A stretch of DNA of 64,000 nucleotides from Oopsacas minuta (taxonomy: Eukaryota; Animalia; Porifera), in assembly GCA_024704765.1 (NCBI GenBank), contig JAKMXF010000332.1, forward strand, positions 664,018 to 728,017, given 5' to 3'. The position numbers and the translations under genes are program-made. Numbering within the stretch: position 1 is the stretch's first letter; each line of letters opens with the position of its first letter. Positions 36,588-50,400 of the stretch are shown here, one piece after another. The notes under the pieces were generated by a model. That model saw only the letters and a list, made by a program, of their open reading frames with translations, searched no databases and was not told where the DNA came from.

Positions 36588-38505
36588 ATGGAAGAAGTGT
36601 TACAGTCTCTGTTAGGAAACGTATTTAGAACAACCATTATCCGATGAAGAAACTGCTACTCTCCATTTCGAATTTAAATCACTTCTAACATCCAGAGAGG
36701 CTTACCGCAGGAAGGATCTTGAAACATAGGATAGCATGATTTTCCACTCTACTCATCTAACAATATCCAATCCGAGAAAGAATATCGCTTGATCCTGAAT
36801 GTTTTTCTTTAGTCACTGCTTCTGAAAATCGAAACTTTTCAGAACAGTTTGTAACTGAATCCCGGAAGCATATTCTCGAATGTCACATGAAGACTTCCAG
36901 ATCGAGACTTGGTGTTCTTTTAGAGCATGTGGACTTTATAGCAGAGAGAGAAAAGGTTGAACCTAAACAACTACTCGGTCTAGCTTTAGAATTAGTCTCA
37001 AATAAATCCTATGATCGTGATACTTCAGAGATTTGCAGAGAAATAATTGATAAGGGATCTTTAGCGGTGTATTGGACAAAGTACAAATCTCTAAATTTGC
37101 TTATATATTGGACAGCTTAGAAATTGAGGCGAGTGAATACACGAATCTGGAAAGAATTCTCAAAGGTGATGTTAAGCTTCCTTCCTATAAGCTTGTCTCG
37201 CAATATCGTAGGGAAATAAGCCTAATAAATGAAATGGAAATAGTCAGAGACCCCGAAGCATTGTCAATTGAGACTTGCATCTCTTATCATTCCATCCTTA
37301 GTTTGACCATTCAACGCTTGCTTTCAACATTAGACCCAGTTCCTGATTCACACTACCTACTAAAAATTAAGATATCTGATGGATTGGATGGCTCCGGTTG
37401 TCATCAAACCTATAACCAACAAAGCAACAATTCTGTAATAAGCACAAATACTTTCATTTTGTTCGGATTCAAAGTAATAACAATTATAGACACACTTGGA
37501 AATGATATGTTATATAACAGCTCACCCAACTCTCCGTTCTGCTTTAGGCCAGTAGCACTGACAGCTTTGAAAGAAGAATATTCTAATGTAAAGCTTATCA
37601 TGAATGCAATAGTCAATCCTCAAACAGACCATATCATGCAGGATGGGTTATCTTTTATTGGAGGCCCTACACAGGTCGAGATAATCCGTTCCCATTTTGA
37701 TACCGAGATGGCAGGATTGCTGGATGGAGCTGGTGGGGCTTCTTGTCATCTGTGTACTGCAACGGATAGCCAAATTAAAAGTTTAGAATGGGTCCATTCT
37801 GGTTTCCCTATTAACAGATTAATTAGCGACGCTCGGCAACTTTTTGAAGAGGTTGATGAAGAAGATTACTTGAAACTCCCATCAAATCAACGTGTTGGTA
37901 TTACGCATCAACCAACTTCTAACATCGATATTATAGCTGCGTCTCCTTTGCATGCTTACCTTTGTGTATTCAGGTGGTTCATGCTGTTGATATACCATCT
38001 TGATGCAGGACACAAGGTATGGGCGCCATCAAACTCGAAAGTAAATTCTTCCATGAAACGGGTTCGAACTATACTCCAGGAAAGATGTAATTTCACTATT
38101 GATATCCCTTCAAGCCAGGGCGGCACTTCAACCACTGGTAACATTGTGCGAGACTGCTTTTTAAATAAGAGAGACTTTTGACGTGGGCCACTTCTTCCAT
38201 TAATCCTTCAGATAAAATATCATTAGTGAAGATCCAAACTAATCTATCTGTTTTGTTAAGACTCCTCAACAGTGGTGACTCGATTAACTGTGACAAAATG
38301 CAAGAATTGTGCCAAGAAACGTACAAATTTATTCTAGTTGAGTACCCATCGACAACCATCACTCCATCCTTGCACAAGTTACTTGCTCATTCGTTTCAGT
38401 TAATAGGTGCTTACAATAATGGTAAGGGATTACAGAATCTCTGAGGAATATTTAAAATCCTGCAATAAATTTGTAAGGCGGTATCGGGAGAATCTTGCAA
38501 GATTG
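36588..38505 (+). pseudogene. RAG1-like (Transib superfamily) transposase, frameshifted, C-terminus truncated
   Basis: NBD-like RKHILECH..RSRL..., ISDGLDGSG (D600 equivalent), PNSPFCFRP, HFDT (D708 equivalent), CHLC, LHAY, TTGNIVR, LHKLLAH, (frameshift) SEE...CNKFVRRYRENLAR (E962 equivalent). Confidence 0.85.
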
Positions 38506-39095
38506 TACAATTAAGCAAGAGGTAGGCATTGATTCGTATTTCGAACGTTCGGATTAAACCTCATGATAGATTCAACACACTCTAAATATATAATAAATGT
38601 AAATTATGAACTATTATGTAGATTCATAGCGATAAAAGAAGATTCCAGAAAGTAACTTGATATTTTGCATAAATATTCTATATGGATCCTGAAATACCCA
38701 CAAGTTTACTTGTAGAGTTATAGTAGTGACAATGGGTGGCATATTGTTGCCAATAATCATCCATAACTGGATAAACTTCAATGTTATCACCAATCATCTT
38801 ACTTACGAATAGCATACAACCAATTTCACATACCCGAAGATACATTTGATATGTATCTCAAAATACTTTTGCGAAGTCATCAATAATAGCATATGTATTC
38901 ATACAACTATGAAAAAGTTAAAAATCAAATTCACACAAAACGACAACCATAGAACTAACCAGAAACCAATTATGCTCTTGTGATTAAGCTCATGCCACTT
39001 TAAAGATTCATCAAACCAAAAACAATATACATTGAAGGCACTATATATGTATGTGCACACAGGATGAAATTATAACTAACTAAAATACTATAGCT

Positions 39096-40479
39096 ATGTC
39101 ATCAAAGAAACGAAAGTATAGTGATAACTACCTTCAACTTGGACTTACAAGCATCACAATTGGAGGAATACAAAAACCACAATGTTTGATTTGTCACAAA
39201 GTATTGGAAGCTGATAGCATAAGGCAAATAAACTTAAGGCACATTTGGCGAGTGTTCAGCCAACATATCTACACAAAGATCTCAGATCCCTTCAGCACAT
39301 ACAGTAGAGCGCCCTCTTAAAGCTGCAAGTTTTGATCAAACAGTAAAATGATGGTGCGTTGACAACATCCTATGAAATTTCCCAAATAATTGTTAAGACA
39401 ATGAAACCTCACACCATTGGTGAAACTCTCATTGGACCGTGTGTTGAAATTATTCTCAAAACGGATCCTCGGAGAAGATCATTCAAAGAAAGTAGCTCAG
39501 ATAACATTGCCAAATACTGCAATTCAACGGCGTATATTGCACCTTGATGAGGATATGGAGATCAAATTTGTTGCAACCATTAATAATAGCCCAGTATTTT
39601 CGATTCAATCGATGAATCTACAGATGTTGAATCCCTTTCCCAGCTTATCATAAATTATCCGATATATTGATCATGACACTATGAAAACAGAATTCCTATT
39701 CTGCAATGGACTTAAATTACTGCAAGAGCTAGACATTTTCGTTATCATCAATATCTACATTCCATCTCATAATAGTGATTGGAAGAAACTAGTTTTCTGC
39801 ACTACATTTGGAGTGCCAGCTATGATGGGGAAGAATACAGGAGTCATTATCCTGGCTAAAAATATGCCACCAGACAAGATTTGAAATCATTGCTGGCTCC
39901 ACAGGCAAGTGTTATCATCGAAAGCAATACCGGAGGAACTGTCAACAGTCCTTAATAAAGTCGCAGAAACGATTAACGCCATAAAATCAAGTGCAACTAA
40001 CTCTCGTCTTTTTACCAAACTGTATCAAGATAATGAAGCTGAGCATGAATAGGTTTATATTTTACTACAGTCAAATGGTTGTCACGAGGCAAAGTAATGT
40101 CTGTGTGTGTGCGAGTTGAGATCCGAAATTGCAGATTTTCTTGACTACAATGGTCATCGTCTGGCCTATTGCTTCAAAGATGATGATTTCGTCACCAAAG
40201 TTGCCTATCTCACAGACATTTAGTTTCACTTAGTTCAACTTCACCAAGAATTGACTTTATAGTGGAGAACAAAATGAAACAAGTACATCCATTTCATTAG
40301 CAATCTCTCTCTCTCTATATATATATTATTAATTAACTTCATTAAAACAACTAATTGATTATTATATTTATTCAGTTCACAAATTACAATATCTATTTTA
40401 CAATGTCTTTTGACAAGGGGGAAGACTTTGTTAAACCTTGCAAAAGGGGGCATCATTCCTAAAAGATTGGGAACCACTG
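39096..40479 (+). mobile_element. hAT Buster/Charlie-type element, decayed, with right TIR
   Basis: MSSKKRKYSDNYLQLG...KPQCLIC (BED finger), KPHTIGETLI, DESTD, HCWLHRQ remnants. End ...GATTGGGAACCACTG followed by ctctaaaa. Confidence 0.75.
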
Positions 40480-40562
40480 CTCTAAAACTTACAGTATTAC
40501 TATATAGGCCCCTCAAGAATAGACGAGATTGGTGAAAAATATGTCGTCAATTGATGGATTGT

Positions 40563-40739
40563 AAGGTTGCAACCGAATAGTTTAATTTTAGGTTACCAAC
40601 CAAATATCAGTATTCGATATTCGGTTAGCCCAAACGGAATATTATCAGTAGTATTCGGTTGATTTAACCAAAAAATATGAGTATTCGGTTAGGCTACTAT
40701 TCATGAATACTGATATTCGATTCGAACGGTTTCAACCTT
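40563..40739. mobile_element. MITE, same family as 19181-19402
   Basis: AAGGTTGCAACC...GGTTTCAACCTT with internal TATTCGG repeats. Confidence 0.65.
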
Positions 40740-41269
40740 GATTTTATGTTATGGTCTGTATAACGTAAATATTGCATCATATATTTCCGAATGAATATAT
40801 GAAATGGTCGTATAGTTGCATTATTACAATATAGAAAAGTTATCATGTCAATGTTGGCTCGTACTTAACTCACAGTAGGGAACATGGATGACAAATTTTC
40901 ATGAATATACAATAATAACTCATAAATCGTGAAGGTTTCGCAAATCAGCATAGCCAATTGATGAATATACACACAACTCCCCATCCCATGTAATAAACTT
41001 TGGTATGATATGTGTTAAACTAATTGCATAATCTCAAAATTGAGATCGAATTTGCTTGGGCAGCCCATTGTTAAGGCTGTAGTATTAGCTGACAAGTTTT
41101 GCTATAATTATCTGCAAATACAAATGCATTTTGAATGCATAAGCCAATGAGCAAAGAGGACTAGTATTACTCAAGATTTCATCGTTAGTTATTTATTTGA
41201 TCCTACATGAACACCCATTTTTCTGGAAGCCTCATAAGTTGACGCAAACCTATTAGGCCGAGAACTAAA

Positions 41270-41880
41270 ATTTTGTCAATTTATGCTTGCTAAATATAAC
41301 TCTGACCAGTGGAGGTGTATATATGGCATTGTTACTTTGATGACACTTGGACGTATCTCTACGACCCTCTACCAAAGAAGAAAGCGGAATTGTGGTTATT
41401 TGAAGATGGTCCTCAACCTGTCCAAGTGAAACGGCCAAAGTCAGTGAGCAAGAGGATGTATGCAACTTCCTTCAATCCTCAATGTTTGATGAAGGTTGTT
41501 GAACCTGAAAAGGGTTCTATGGTTACTGCAAATAGTATTCCCGATGTTTGTTTAAAAGCAGTCTTCTATGAGATCAAGCATTGTCGACCAAAAACTGGTT
41601 TATGATGCATTAAATTGCGCCATGAAAATGCTCCAGCACATTAGGCGGCACATACAATGGATTATATTCAAGCAAATAGAGTATCTATCCAACCGCATCT
41701 ACCATATTCTCCTGATTTAGCCCCATGCGACTTCTGGCTCTTCCCAAAACTTTGAGAAAAACTCGAAGATGCTTTCCTAGCAACGAAGAGTTGGAGTCAG
41801 AGGTCTTTGATGCGCTTGAAAGTGGCCCATCGAATGATTGGTACCATCTTTCCAAGGTTGGGTGTTGCGTATGCAAAGCT
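41270..41880 (+). pseudogene. mariner transposase fragment
   Basis: FDDTWTYLYDP...HENAPAH...YSPDLAPCDFWLFPKL, with stops and frameshifts. Confidence 0.8.
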
Positions 41881-42002
41881 GCATGGCTACTCATGGCGAA
41901 TATTTTGAGAGAATTTATGCACTTTATTAATTATATTCAATGTTTTACTATAGAAGTATGCATATTCCTTATATTATTTATTCAAAGTTATTGTATTTTT
42001 AG

Positions 42003-42641
42003 GTATTGAAAAGAGATAAAACATTCAATGCAAAGAATATCAATCCTTTTTATGATGAAGCAATCAAGCAACCTCTTGCACCCATACTTTACAGGTACCG
42101 ACGTTGGCAACTGAAGGAGGTTCCCGTCATCATCAGATGCGAAGTGAATGGTATGTTAGGAGAAAATTTTTATTGTAATATTCGGACATTGAATGAATAT
42201 GACCCTAAGATAACTGATGATTGGCGGAGGAAGCTGGAACTGCAAAAGGGTGCTGTGATTGCAACTGAACTTAAGAATAACAGTAACAAGCTCGCAAAGT
42301 GTACTATTTCGTCTATATTGTCAGGATGTGATCTGATAAAACTTGGTTATGTATCTCGAGATAACTTTTACTCTCCAAAGAGCCACGTGATTTTAGGCAC
42401 TCAGGATTTTTTGCCTTCATTTCTAGCATCACAGGTTAGCCTAGAACTCAATAACTGCTGGGGTGTATTGCATGTTTTGATACAAGAGTGCCTAAAGTTA
42501 AAAGAAGGCAAATACTTTTTAGTTAGAGACTCAACCAAACATGTATTAAAACTTTATCAAACCAGTGGCGAAAGCGAAGATAGTTTTGATTTCGAGAATG
42601 AAGATAGCGACTCTAATTCCGATAACTCATGTGATGCCTGA
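42003..42641 (+). CDS. EIF3D: eIF3d terminal exon
   Basis: gtatttttag|VLK...NPF...YRYRRW...IRCE...LNEYD...DWRRKL...GAVIATELKNNSNKLA...LGYVSR...HVILGTQ...WG...EGKY, acidic tail, TGA. Confidence 0.95.
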   Translation, partial: VLKRDKTFNAKNINPFYDEAIKQPLAPILYRYRRWQLKEVPVIIRCEVNGMLGENFYCNIRTLNEYDPKITDDWRRKLELQKGAVIATELKNNSNKLAKCTISSILSGCDLIKLGYVSRDNFYSPKSHVILGTQDFLPSFLASQVSLELNNCWGVLHVLIQECLKLKEGKYFLVRDSTKHVLKLYQTSGESEDSFDFENEDSDSNSDNSCDA

Positions 42642-43189
42642 TTAATCAATACTTAATTTGGAATTGTCTTTAATCATATTTCTAGTGTAGACTAAATTTT
42701 TCTTTTCTCCTAGGATCTTCTAGTCCGAAACAAATTTGTATGTTGTACAATTTAAATTTCTCATTGCATCATTGTTTCTCAACCTTGGGTAAATTACACC
42801 CCGGCTATTATGGGTAGCATAAAAGAGCAATGGAAAGGTCCTGAAGTTTGCAATTGAATGAATTTGTTCTGGGTAAAGTATGGCTTAATCTGGATGTTTT
42901 TTTGTTTAACTGTGGAAAAATTTATTGATTTTTGGGAGTGTTAGAACTATAACCTTCAGCTGATTACGATTATGAACTATACATTTCAAGGGTTTTTGTT
43001 TACTATCCAAAATTTTTAATACGATTATGATAATAGTTCAGCTGCTAAGTTTGTAAGATTTTTAAGTGTACCAATGCATGATATATGGTGAATTTCGATG
43101 TCTTGATTGTTATTTAATTTATGCACTATTGTAGTGTGATCCTTCAATCTGATAGCACATCCCAAATTCTAATATCCATATCACCGATT

Positions 43190-43333
43190 CCTTGCGTCAT
43201 TACAATTACGATTACACTCATATGTAATTTTTTGATTACGACTACTCTTACGATTGCACCTTTTTAGAAACTTTTGATTGCGATTAATTGGTTGTAAACG
43301 ACTACAATTGTAATCGGAACCTGCCCAACCCTG
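43190..43333. repeat. hAT-type MITE end with GATTAC repeats
   Basis: Repeated (a)attacgattac motifs ending ...AACCTGCCCAACCCTG. Confidence 0.4.
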
Positions 43334-44104
43334 ATTGTTGGCTACATATGATAATAATTATACTATAGTTCAATATTATGATTATGTAATGTGCATGAAG
43401 AGAAATGTAAAACGCAGGAAATTCTTCTGTAGTTTTGGTCACTAGGACTGGCAGACGGAGCAGGAATTTCATGTACAGCAAATTCATCGTTGTGCCCCCC
43501 CCCTAACGCCCGACACTTGTTAAGACTCGTAATGGATTGAAGTACGATTTAATACTTATTCAACGACCTGAAAAATGCTGGGAAACACTGTTCAAACTAT
43601 TACATACGTCATTACTTTTGTGATACTATTAATCCTTGTTTAATTCGAATGGGATAACATATAGCATCATATTAATTGATATATTGACTAATTAATAAAA
43701 GACAGAAATACATACATTTTTGTTGCCACTTCATCGAATCATGGAGGAAAGAGAAATATTTTCTTGATTTCATTGTCGCCGCAGACGAAACCTGCGGTCG
43801 TATTCACTAAGAAGTTAAGTATGAACTGTAAGTAACCTTCCTGGGTTTCTTGAATATTCCATTATTGCTAGCTAAAGAAATATCTTAAGAATCACTTAAA
43901 GTAATATTAAATAATCTATAAACTACACTGTTACTGTATGATGCAAATATATTTTAGATTCCTTTTTACATTGATATTATATTTTCTCTCCAATTAACCG
44001 AAATTATGTAAAGGTGCTTACAAATAGTTTATGAATATTTTCATTTATTCCCATGCTATTCACATTCAATATAAAAATGAATATATTACTATTATATTTT
44101 AGGA

Positions 44105-44335
44105 CTGGGGTCGGTAGCCTGCGGCTCCGTAATTGCATGCGGCTCTTTGACCCCTCTCCACTGGCTCATGTGGCTTCGACAAAATATTTATAGGGAAATG
44201 AATTTGATATTTTTTAATTTACAGTGTTATTCACCACTGATTAGTATTAGTTGGCTAATTTAAACTTAATAAATAGGCTGTGCTACCTTCATTATATGCC
44301 AGTAATATGCTATGCGGCTCTTGGACCGTTTTAAG
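44105..44335. repeat. hAT/Buster-type MITE end
   Basis: CTGGGGTCGGTAGCCTGCGGCTCC...GCATGCGGCTC resembles CAGGGGTCGGCAACC-type termini with GCGGCTC repeats. Confidence 0.45.
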
Positions 44336-47220
44336 AATTTTCAGATGTAAGGCCATTGCCAATTAGACCTCTCATATTGCTGGCTTCCGTTTATCACCTT
44401 GTTACATATTTTGTTATTTTAAATGCATAAAATTTCTAAAGTTTTATCTAAATCTGTGAATAATTATGAGCAGTTTTAGATGGTGATATTCGTAATCAGC
44501 GTAGAATTTCCCATCATTCAAGTGGTCACATGACTATATTTCGAGAGAATTTTCCCTAGTAACTTAAGGTGTAGAGAATTCAATTCATAAATTTTGACAT
44601 AACTTCATTGAGTGACCCCTTGTTCGATGCCACTAGGCGAAGTAGGTCTAGTTACGATCATATCAACCCTCTAAATGATATTTTAACACGACTTTGTTCT
44701 ATCCACCTACGCGTTTTCTTTTGATCTTTTAGATATTTTTCCATGAATGCGGAAATTTATAGTTGGTTTTGTAATTTCCTTTGCTCTAAATTTAATCTTT
44801 CACCATATTGTGTATATCTTGGCAACTGGCTTAAATATTTATGCAAAATGTCGAGAAATATTACTCCTCTGAATATCCGATATTTACTACATATTTTGAT
44901 TGATCCTGAAAGATACCTCGTTTGGATGCTGCGAAATGAAATACGATTGGAAGTAGGTTAATATATTGCCCCAAAAGTATCAATGTGACAATTTGAGACA
45001 TTTACCCTAAACATATTATAAATATTCTGACGAATATGATCAAGAAAATAGAGGGACCGATATGTCGATCTATCAAAATCATGTTGATAAATCATTAGGG
45101 TGGATATTGTCAAAACAGGAAATTCTGGGCTTATTACTAATATAACCATAGAATTTCGATTAGTCTAAAACTGAAAGTCTTTAGCATTTTCATATTTCAA
45201 AATATTTCACAAAGTGACACATTAAAATGGCCGCAACCAGTGAGGTCATATTGGTATGACCTCATATCTGAAAATCTTTAGAAATTATCTGTGTAGTTGT
45301 ATGACAAATTTAATGCTTTTATGAATCGCGAAATATTACACACGTCGACTCTAGTTATAAATTTCAATTCTTCGTTCATATTACACAACAGGGATGTTAT
45401 CCATACCTTTAAATATGCATAGAAATTCATACAGATCAAGCCCGTTACTTTAAGGCATAAATACATATATGTTGGCACTTATTTCAATTCTGTACTACTA
45501 TGTAAGCATATTCTCGGGACTGTAAAAAGGATTAAGAACCAAATAACAAAATATTTCAAGATTGGTCATTTGAGAGTGAAACTAATTAATTATACTTGTC
45601 TATTTCAACGATTTGTGAAAATAGTATATTTATCATTCATCGTGGTACAGGGTTTTATTTATATTCAACTTGGGTAATTTAGTACTTAACTTCTTAGTCA
45701 ACACTGCAGCTGGTTTCATTACTATCAACCGGAAGAAAATTACAATGTAGCCAGTTGAAAAGACTCCGTGAGACAAGCGTAAGAATTGATGCCAATATAT
45801 TATAGGGTAGAAGGTATACTGCTGATATATAGGCCCCCGAATACGACTATCATCAATTGTGATAATTATATGTATATTGGAATTAGAAGAATTCGAACAC
45901 CATTTAAGCGTGTAGGGTGTGGTAAATTCTGCGGAAGAGTTCTCCAACATTATACTTTAGATTCGAATGTCTCCCTCACCCAGCCTATATTCCAGATCTG
46001 GTTCCAGGCGACTGCTAACTTTGTAGATTGAAAAGACATATTTATCCAAAAAGATTTAAGGCGTTAAGTATTTTGAGGTCCAGATAGACTGTGGGGGAAA
46101 TGGTACACACGAGTTTTTCGCAACTAGCATTGATAAACTTTCAGGAAGGTAGGAGCGGTGCATAAAGCACAAGGGGGAAATCATTAAGCAGTGCATATAA
46201 CTCAAGGAGGAGTTCATTTAAACTTTGATAATCATTTCGAGTGAATTGAATACTAGTCTAGTTATATGATGATTGCCCGTAGGAACTATGGATAACCCTT
46301 CTCAAGTGTATTCTATTCATATATACTAGCATTTAAGTATATTTTAATTTTGATAATTCATAATCTGATATCCATCCTAATGTATCTGGGTCAAAATTTC
46401 AGAACTTTGATTTGATCATCCTTCATTTATTTCAAAACATTTAGTTACTTTATCAGTGTCCACATCGCATACTTCAACCCTCTTTTCAATATTCCATGAA
46501 AGCCCTTTCCCTAATAATCGTCCATTTAGTGGGAAGAACATGGCATAACATAACTTGAACCATATAACTAAAAGTAATGCCATTTTATCCATACGATTGT
46601 AAATTCATGTATCCATTAAGTCAGCTCATGCTCTTCCGAAATACCAAAATATGCCGCTTATACAAATTTAAAGTCCTGTGCATAGTTTCTTTATTTTAAT
46701 GGAGCTAGATTTATATCGAGTCATACAAGGGGAAGGCGCATTAATTGACGAGCTTAACTCGCTTGGTGGAAACACTAGGATATAATATGTAAACTCATAG
46801 GTTAAAATAAATCGTTTACAAGTTTTCTGAATATATAGACGATATCCCTCAAAGCTTTTGATGTACAGCAACGAATGAAAGAGAGGGGCCATATTTCGAG
46901 ATCTCATAAATGTTCAATTCTTATCCAAAGTCTTTGGATCGAATTGATTTAGAGTTAGTACGTATAAATATGTATAAGGAATCAGTATACTACTTAAAAA
47001 GGTTCAAAGCACCAAACTTCATCTAGTTTAGGTGTCATTTAAGCGATGACTCTAATATATATAAATAATAGGGAGAACTTCAAATTGTAAAGATCTGCTT
47101 TCTATGCTGGTACTCGTAAGGAAATTGCCTCAAATACGATATAGTAATCCTTTGATTCTAACTACAATTCAACATAGACTTACTTCCAATATTACTTATA
47201 TGTGAGGAATTGATCATATA

Positions 47221-48134
47221 CAGTTAAGGGACAAAAGTATTCGACCACATAAATATATTGTCATAAATTGTATACTCCTTCCCGCCCCTATAAATTGTGT
47301 AGTCTATATTCGTATCTGCAATCTAGTAAATTGCATAGAGTAACATATGTTTTTCAAGAATTTCAAAAAAATATTTTCGATTTACACTTTTTGAAGGTGT
47401 TAATTATAATAATTATTAGATAATTATTGATAATCAAAATATGTGGTAATTCAAAACCTATTAAGAATCTATAATTTCTGACTTGATATTTGAATTCTAC
47501 ATAGGCGAGTTACCCCAGAATGAAATTTCCAATGGGATTGAACAATTTTTACCAAAGTTATAGAAGAATTTCAATTTGTGTCATTTGTGCCACCTTTTGC
47601 CCAAGGTGGCACAAGTGGCCGCTACCAAGAGATTATTTTATTATTCAAGGGTTAGCATAGTCATATCATTCGAAAATACAACTTTGACTTATACCTCCTA
47701 ACCCTAGTTGATTTCCTTGTAGTGGCGCTTATTCCTGCCACCTGTGCCACTTTTTGAAAAAGTGGCACAAGTGGCACAAATTGAAATTCTTCTATAACTT
47801 TGGTAAAAATTGTTCAATCCCATTGGAAATTTCATTCTGGGGTAACTCGTCTATGTAGAATTCAAATATCAAGTCAGAAATTATAGATTCTTAATAGGTT
47901 TTGAATTACCACATATTTTGATTATCAATAATTATCTAATAATTATTAATAATTAACACCTTCAAAAAGTGTAAATCGAAAATATTTTTTGAAATTCTTG
48001 AAAAACATATGTTACTCTATGCAATTTACTAGATTGCAGATACGAATATAGACTACACAATATATAGGAGCGGGAAAGAGTGTATATTTTATGACAATAT
48101 AATTGTGTGGTCGAATACTTTTGTCCCTTGACTG
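47221..48134. mobile_element. foldback Tc1/mariner-type non-autonomous element, 914 bp
   Basis: TA|CAGTTAAGGGACAAAAGTATTCGACCAC...GTGGTCGAATACTTTTGTCCCTTGACTG|TA. About 400-bp near-identical inverted arms around a spacer of about 90 bp. Confidence 0.92.
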
Positions 48135-49251
48135 TACAAGCATGTATATCAGAAAACTGATAAGCAAGAACTTTTACAAATTCAATGAAATTCGCTAGGA
48201 TCACTATAATAGGGCAGTATCATATAGTTCTAAGTGAATATCACATAGTAATTTCAGTAGCTATATATTATTTAATTATGTGTGCGGACAATTTGACTTT
48301 TTTGCCGACTAACAGTAAATTATACTGGTAAGCAAGTATTATTACAAACGAACTGAATTTTTCCTGTAATATTCGTATATATTATAACAACTAATATTTT
48401 ATCAGGACGGCATACCCGATTCGGCTGGTGTAGTGCCCGTCGGGCCACTTTTGGATTGCTATCTTTGCTATACTCCCTTCTCTCTTCGAAAATATTCATT
48501 TCGTTTATAGTATCATTATTTTTATATCTACATATATATCTGTACACATTGTAGACAGTTTGTGTGTTTTATTTTTGCTCTAAATATTAGCTAGTGCGGA
48601 GTCTCGGATCATTTACGAAATGAGGTGCGGCATCTCCAGACCACATTCGAAGACTGCAAATTTCTCGTACTATCACTTTTCGGAAAAATATGCCCGCCTG
48701 CTTAGATAGTTGAACCTCTAAGGAATCTTTTAACGTCGGGTATAATCTATGATATTAATACACAATAAATCTGTGTATGTATGTTTGTATATCTAGAATT
48801 GAAACTGAATGACCCCTGGGCTGATTTTTCGCATAGTTGGGTATTTTGAGCCTGGCTTGGACAGTTTCATGTTTTCGATGAAAATACACGCCATGACGAA
48901 AGTATAACGCCATTGTCACTTTTTTGGATAGAATCTCCCGTGTCACCACAGAAGCCCATTCAATATAATTTGGATGGACCATTCTGTACATTCGAGGCAC
49001 GCAGTGCCGAGTATATTCTGTTGCGTAGCGACAAATAACACTCTAAACAATTTGATAATACTTAAGGTAACCCGGAGCACTAATCTCTTGCAGCAAACTA
49101 GCAAGCAAACACAAAGGTCTAATACAAATCTAATTCATATCTATCCTTGACACTTCACATCTACTACCTACTTCCGAACTAAATAGATTATTCCTCAATT
49201 CCATTATACGCTTCATAGTTTCTTTTCGTATTTTGGGATCATCATGGTATA

Positions 49252-50400
49252 CTAGGTTGTCCAAAAAGTTCGCAGAATTTTATCCCTAATTTGTGTTATA
49301 TACACTCTATCAATTAGCCTATTGTTTCGATTAATTCTAATATCCCTTATCTCAATTATCCTAACTTTTGTAATCAAAAAGTTTAGTTTAGGTATTCTTT
49401 TAGCATCATTTACGATTGCCGTATTTTTTCTAAAATGGAAAACTCAGAAGATGGGAAACAATATATCATTTGGTTTCTCTGGAAACTAGATAAAAGTGGA
49501 AGCGAGATTCTCTACGAGATGGAAAAGGTTTATGGTAGTAAATGCCCTGGTAAATCGATGGTTTACAAATGGATTGACAGATTTAATGATGGGTATTCAA
49601 CTGTTGATGATAACCCAAGACCTGGTCCTCCGAAAACATGGTCCAACCAAGAAAATGATAAGATTCTAACTGAACAATTGGGAATGTCGAGAGTTCTTTC
49701 TCGTTGGGTTCCCAAATTGTTATCTGAATCTCAAAGGATTGAAAGGGTTTGTGTTTGTCGCCAGCTCTTACGGATTTCTAAGAAGGAGCCAAGGTTCTTT
49801 GATCCTTTAGTCACAGGGGACGAGACTTGGTTGCATTTTTATGATCCTAAGACAAGTTTACAGACGAGTCAATGGAAGCGTAGGCATGAAGCAACTCCTA
49901 TTAGACCCAGAGCCGTCGCATCAGCAGGTAAACGGATGGCAACAATTTTTTGGGACACAAAGGGAATAATCATGATTGACTTGTTACCTAACAAAGTAAC
50001 AATAAATACTGAATACTATGTTCAAGTTCTGAAAAAATTGCGCGAAGCTATCAAGTCTAAGAGGCGTGGCAAGTTGAGTTCTCATGTTTTGCTTTAGCAT
50101 GATAATGCTCCAGCCCATACCAGCAGGCGAACTTTGGATGAAATTCAACATTTAGGGTTCGAATCACTCCCACATCCCCATACAGCCCAGATCTAGCGCC
50201 CAGCGACTACTGGCTTTTTTCAGAAATGAAAAGACCACTTAGAGGTAAACTTTTCAGTGATTTTGAGCACCTTAGGTCCGCTGTAAATTCATGGATTTAA
50301 GGTACCCCTGAAAAATTCTTCACCACAGGAATAAATAAACTCCCATCAAAATGAAAGAAATGTATCGAAATGTATCGAGAAATGTAAATGTATCGAAAAT
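49252..50400 (+). mobile_element. mariner element, internally deleted, right TIR lost
   Basis: TA|CTAGGTTGTCCAAAAAG left end. ORF 49435-50097 with WVPK and TGDETW, then TAG-HDNAPAH and YSPDLAPSDY in a shifted frame. Confidence 0.85.

Noticed and set aside
38630-38900. Convergent RAG2-like gene downstream of the RAG1-like copy
   Set aside because: A minus-strand frame with two stops exists (YQMYLRVCEIGC...YWQQYATHCHYY), but I see no kelch GG/W spacing or PHD finger. A profile search would be needed to revisit this.
42006-42641. eIF3d retrocopy or truncated stand-alone gene
   Set aside because: It has a proper splice acceptor at 42001-42002, and in-phase upstream exons exist at 33475 and 4721.
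45633-46907. Coding-like stretches and short ORFs downstream of eIF3d
   Set aside because: All frames are interrupted by stops and no family motif was recognised.
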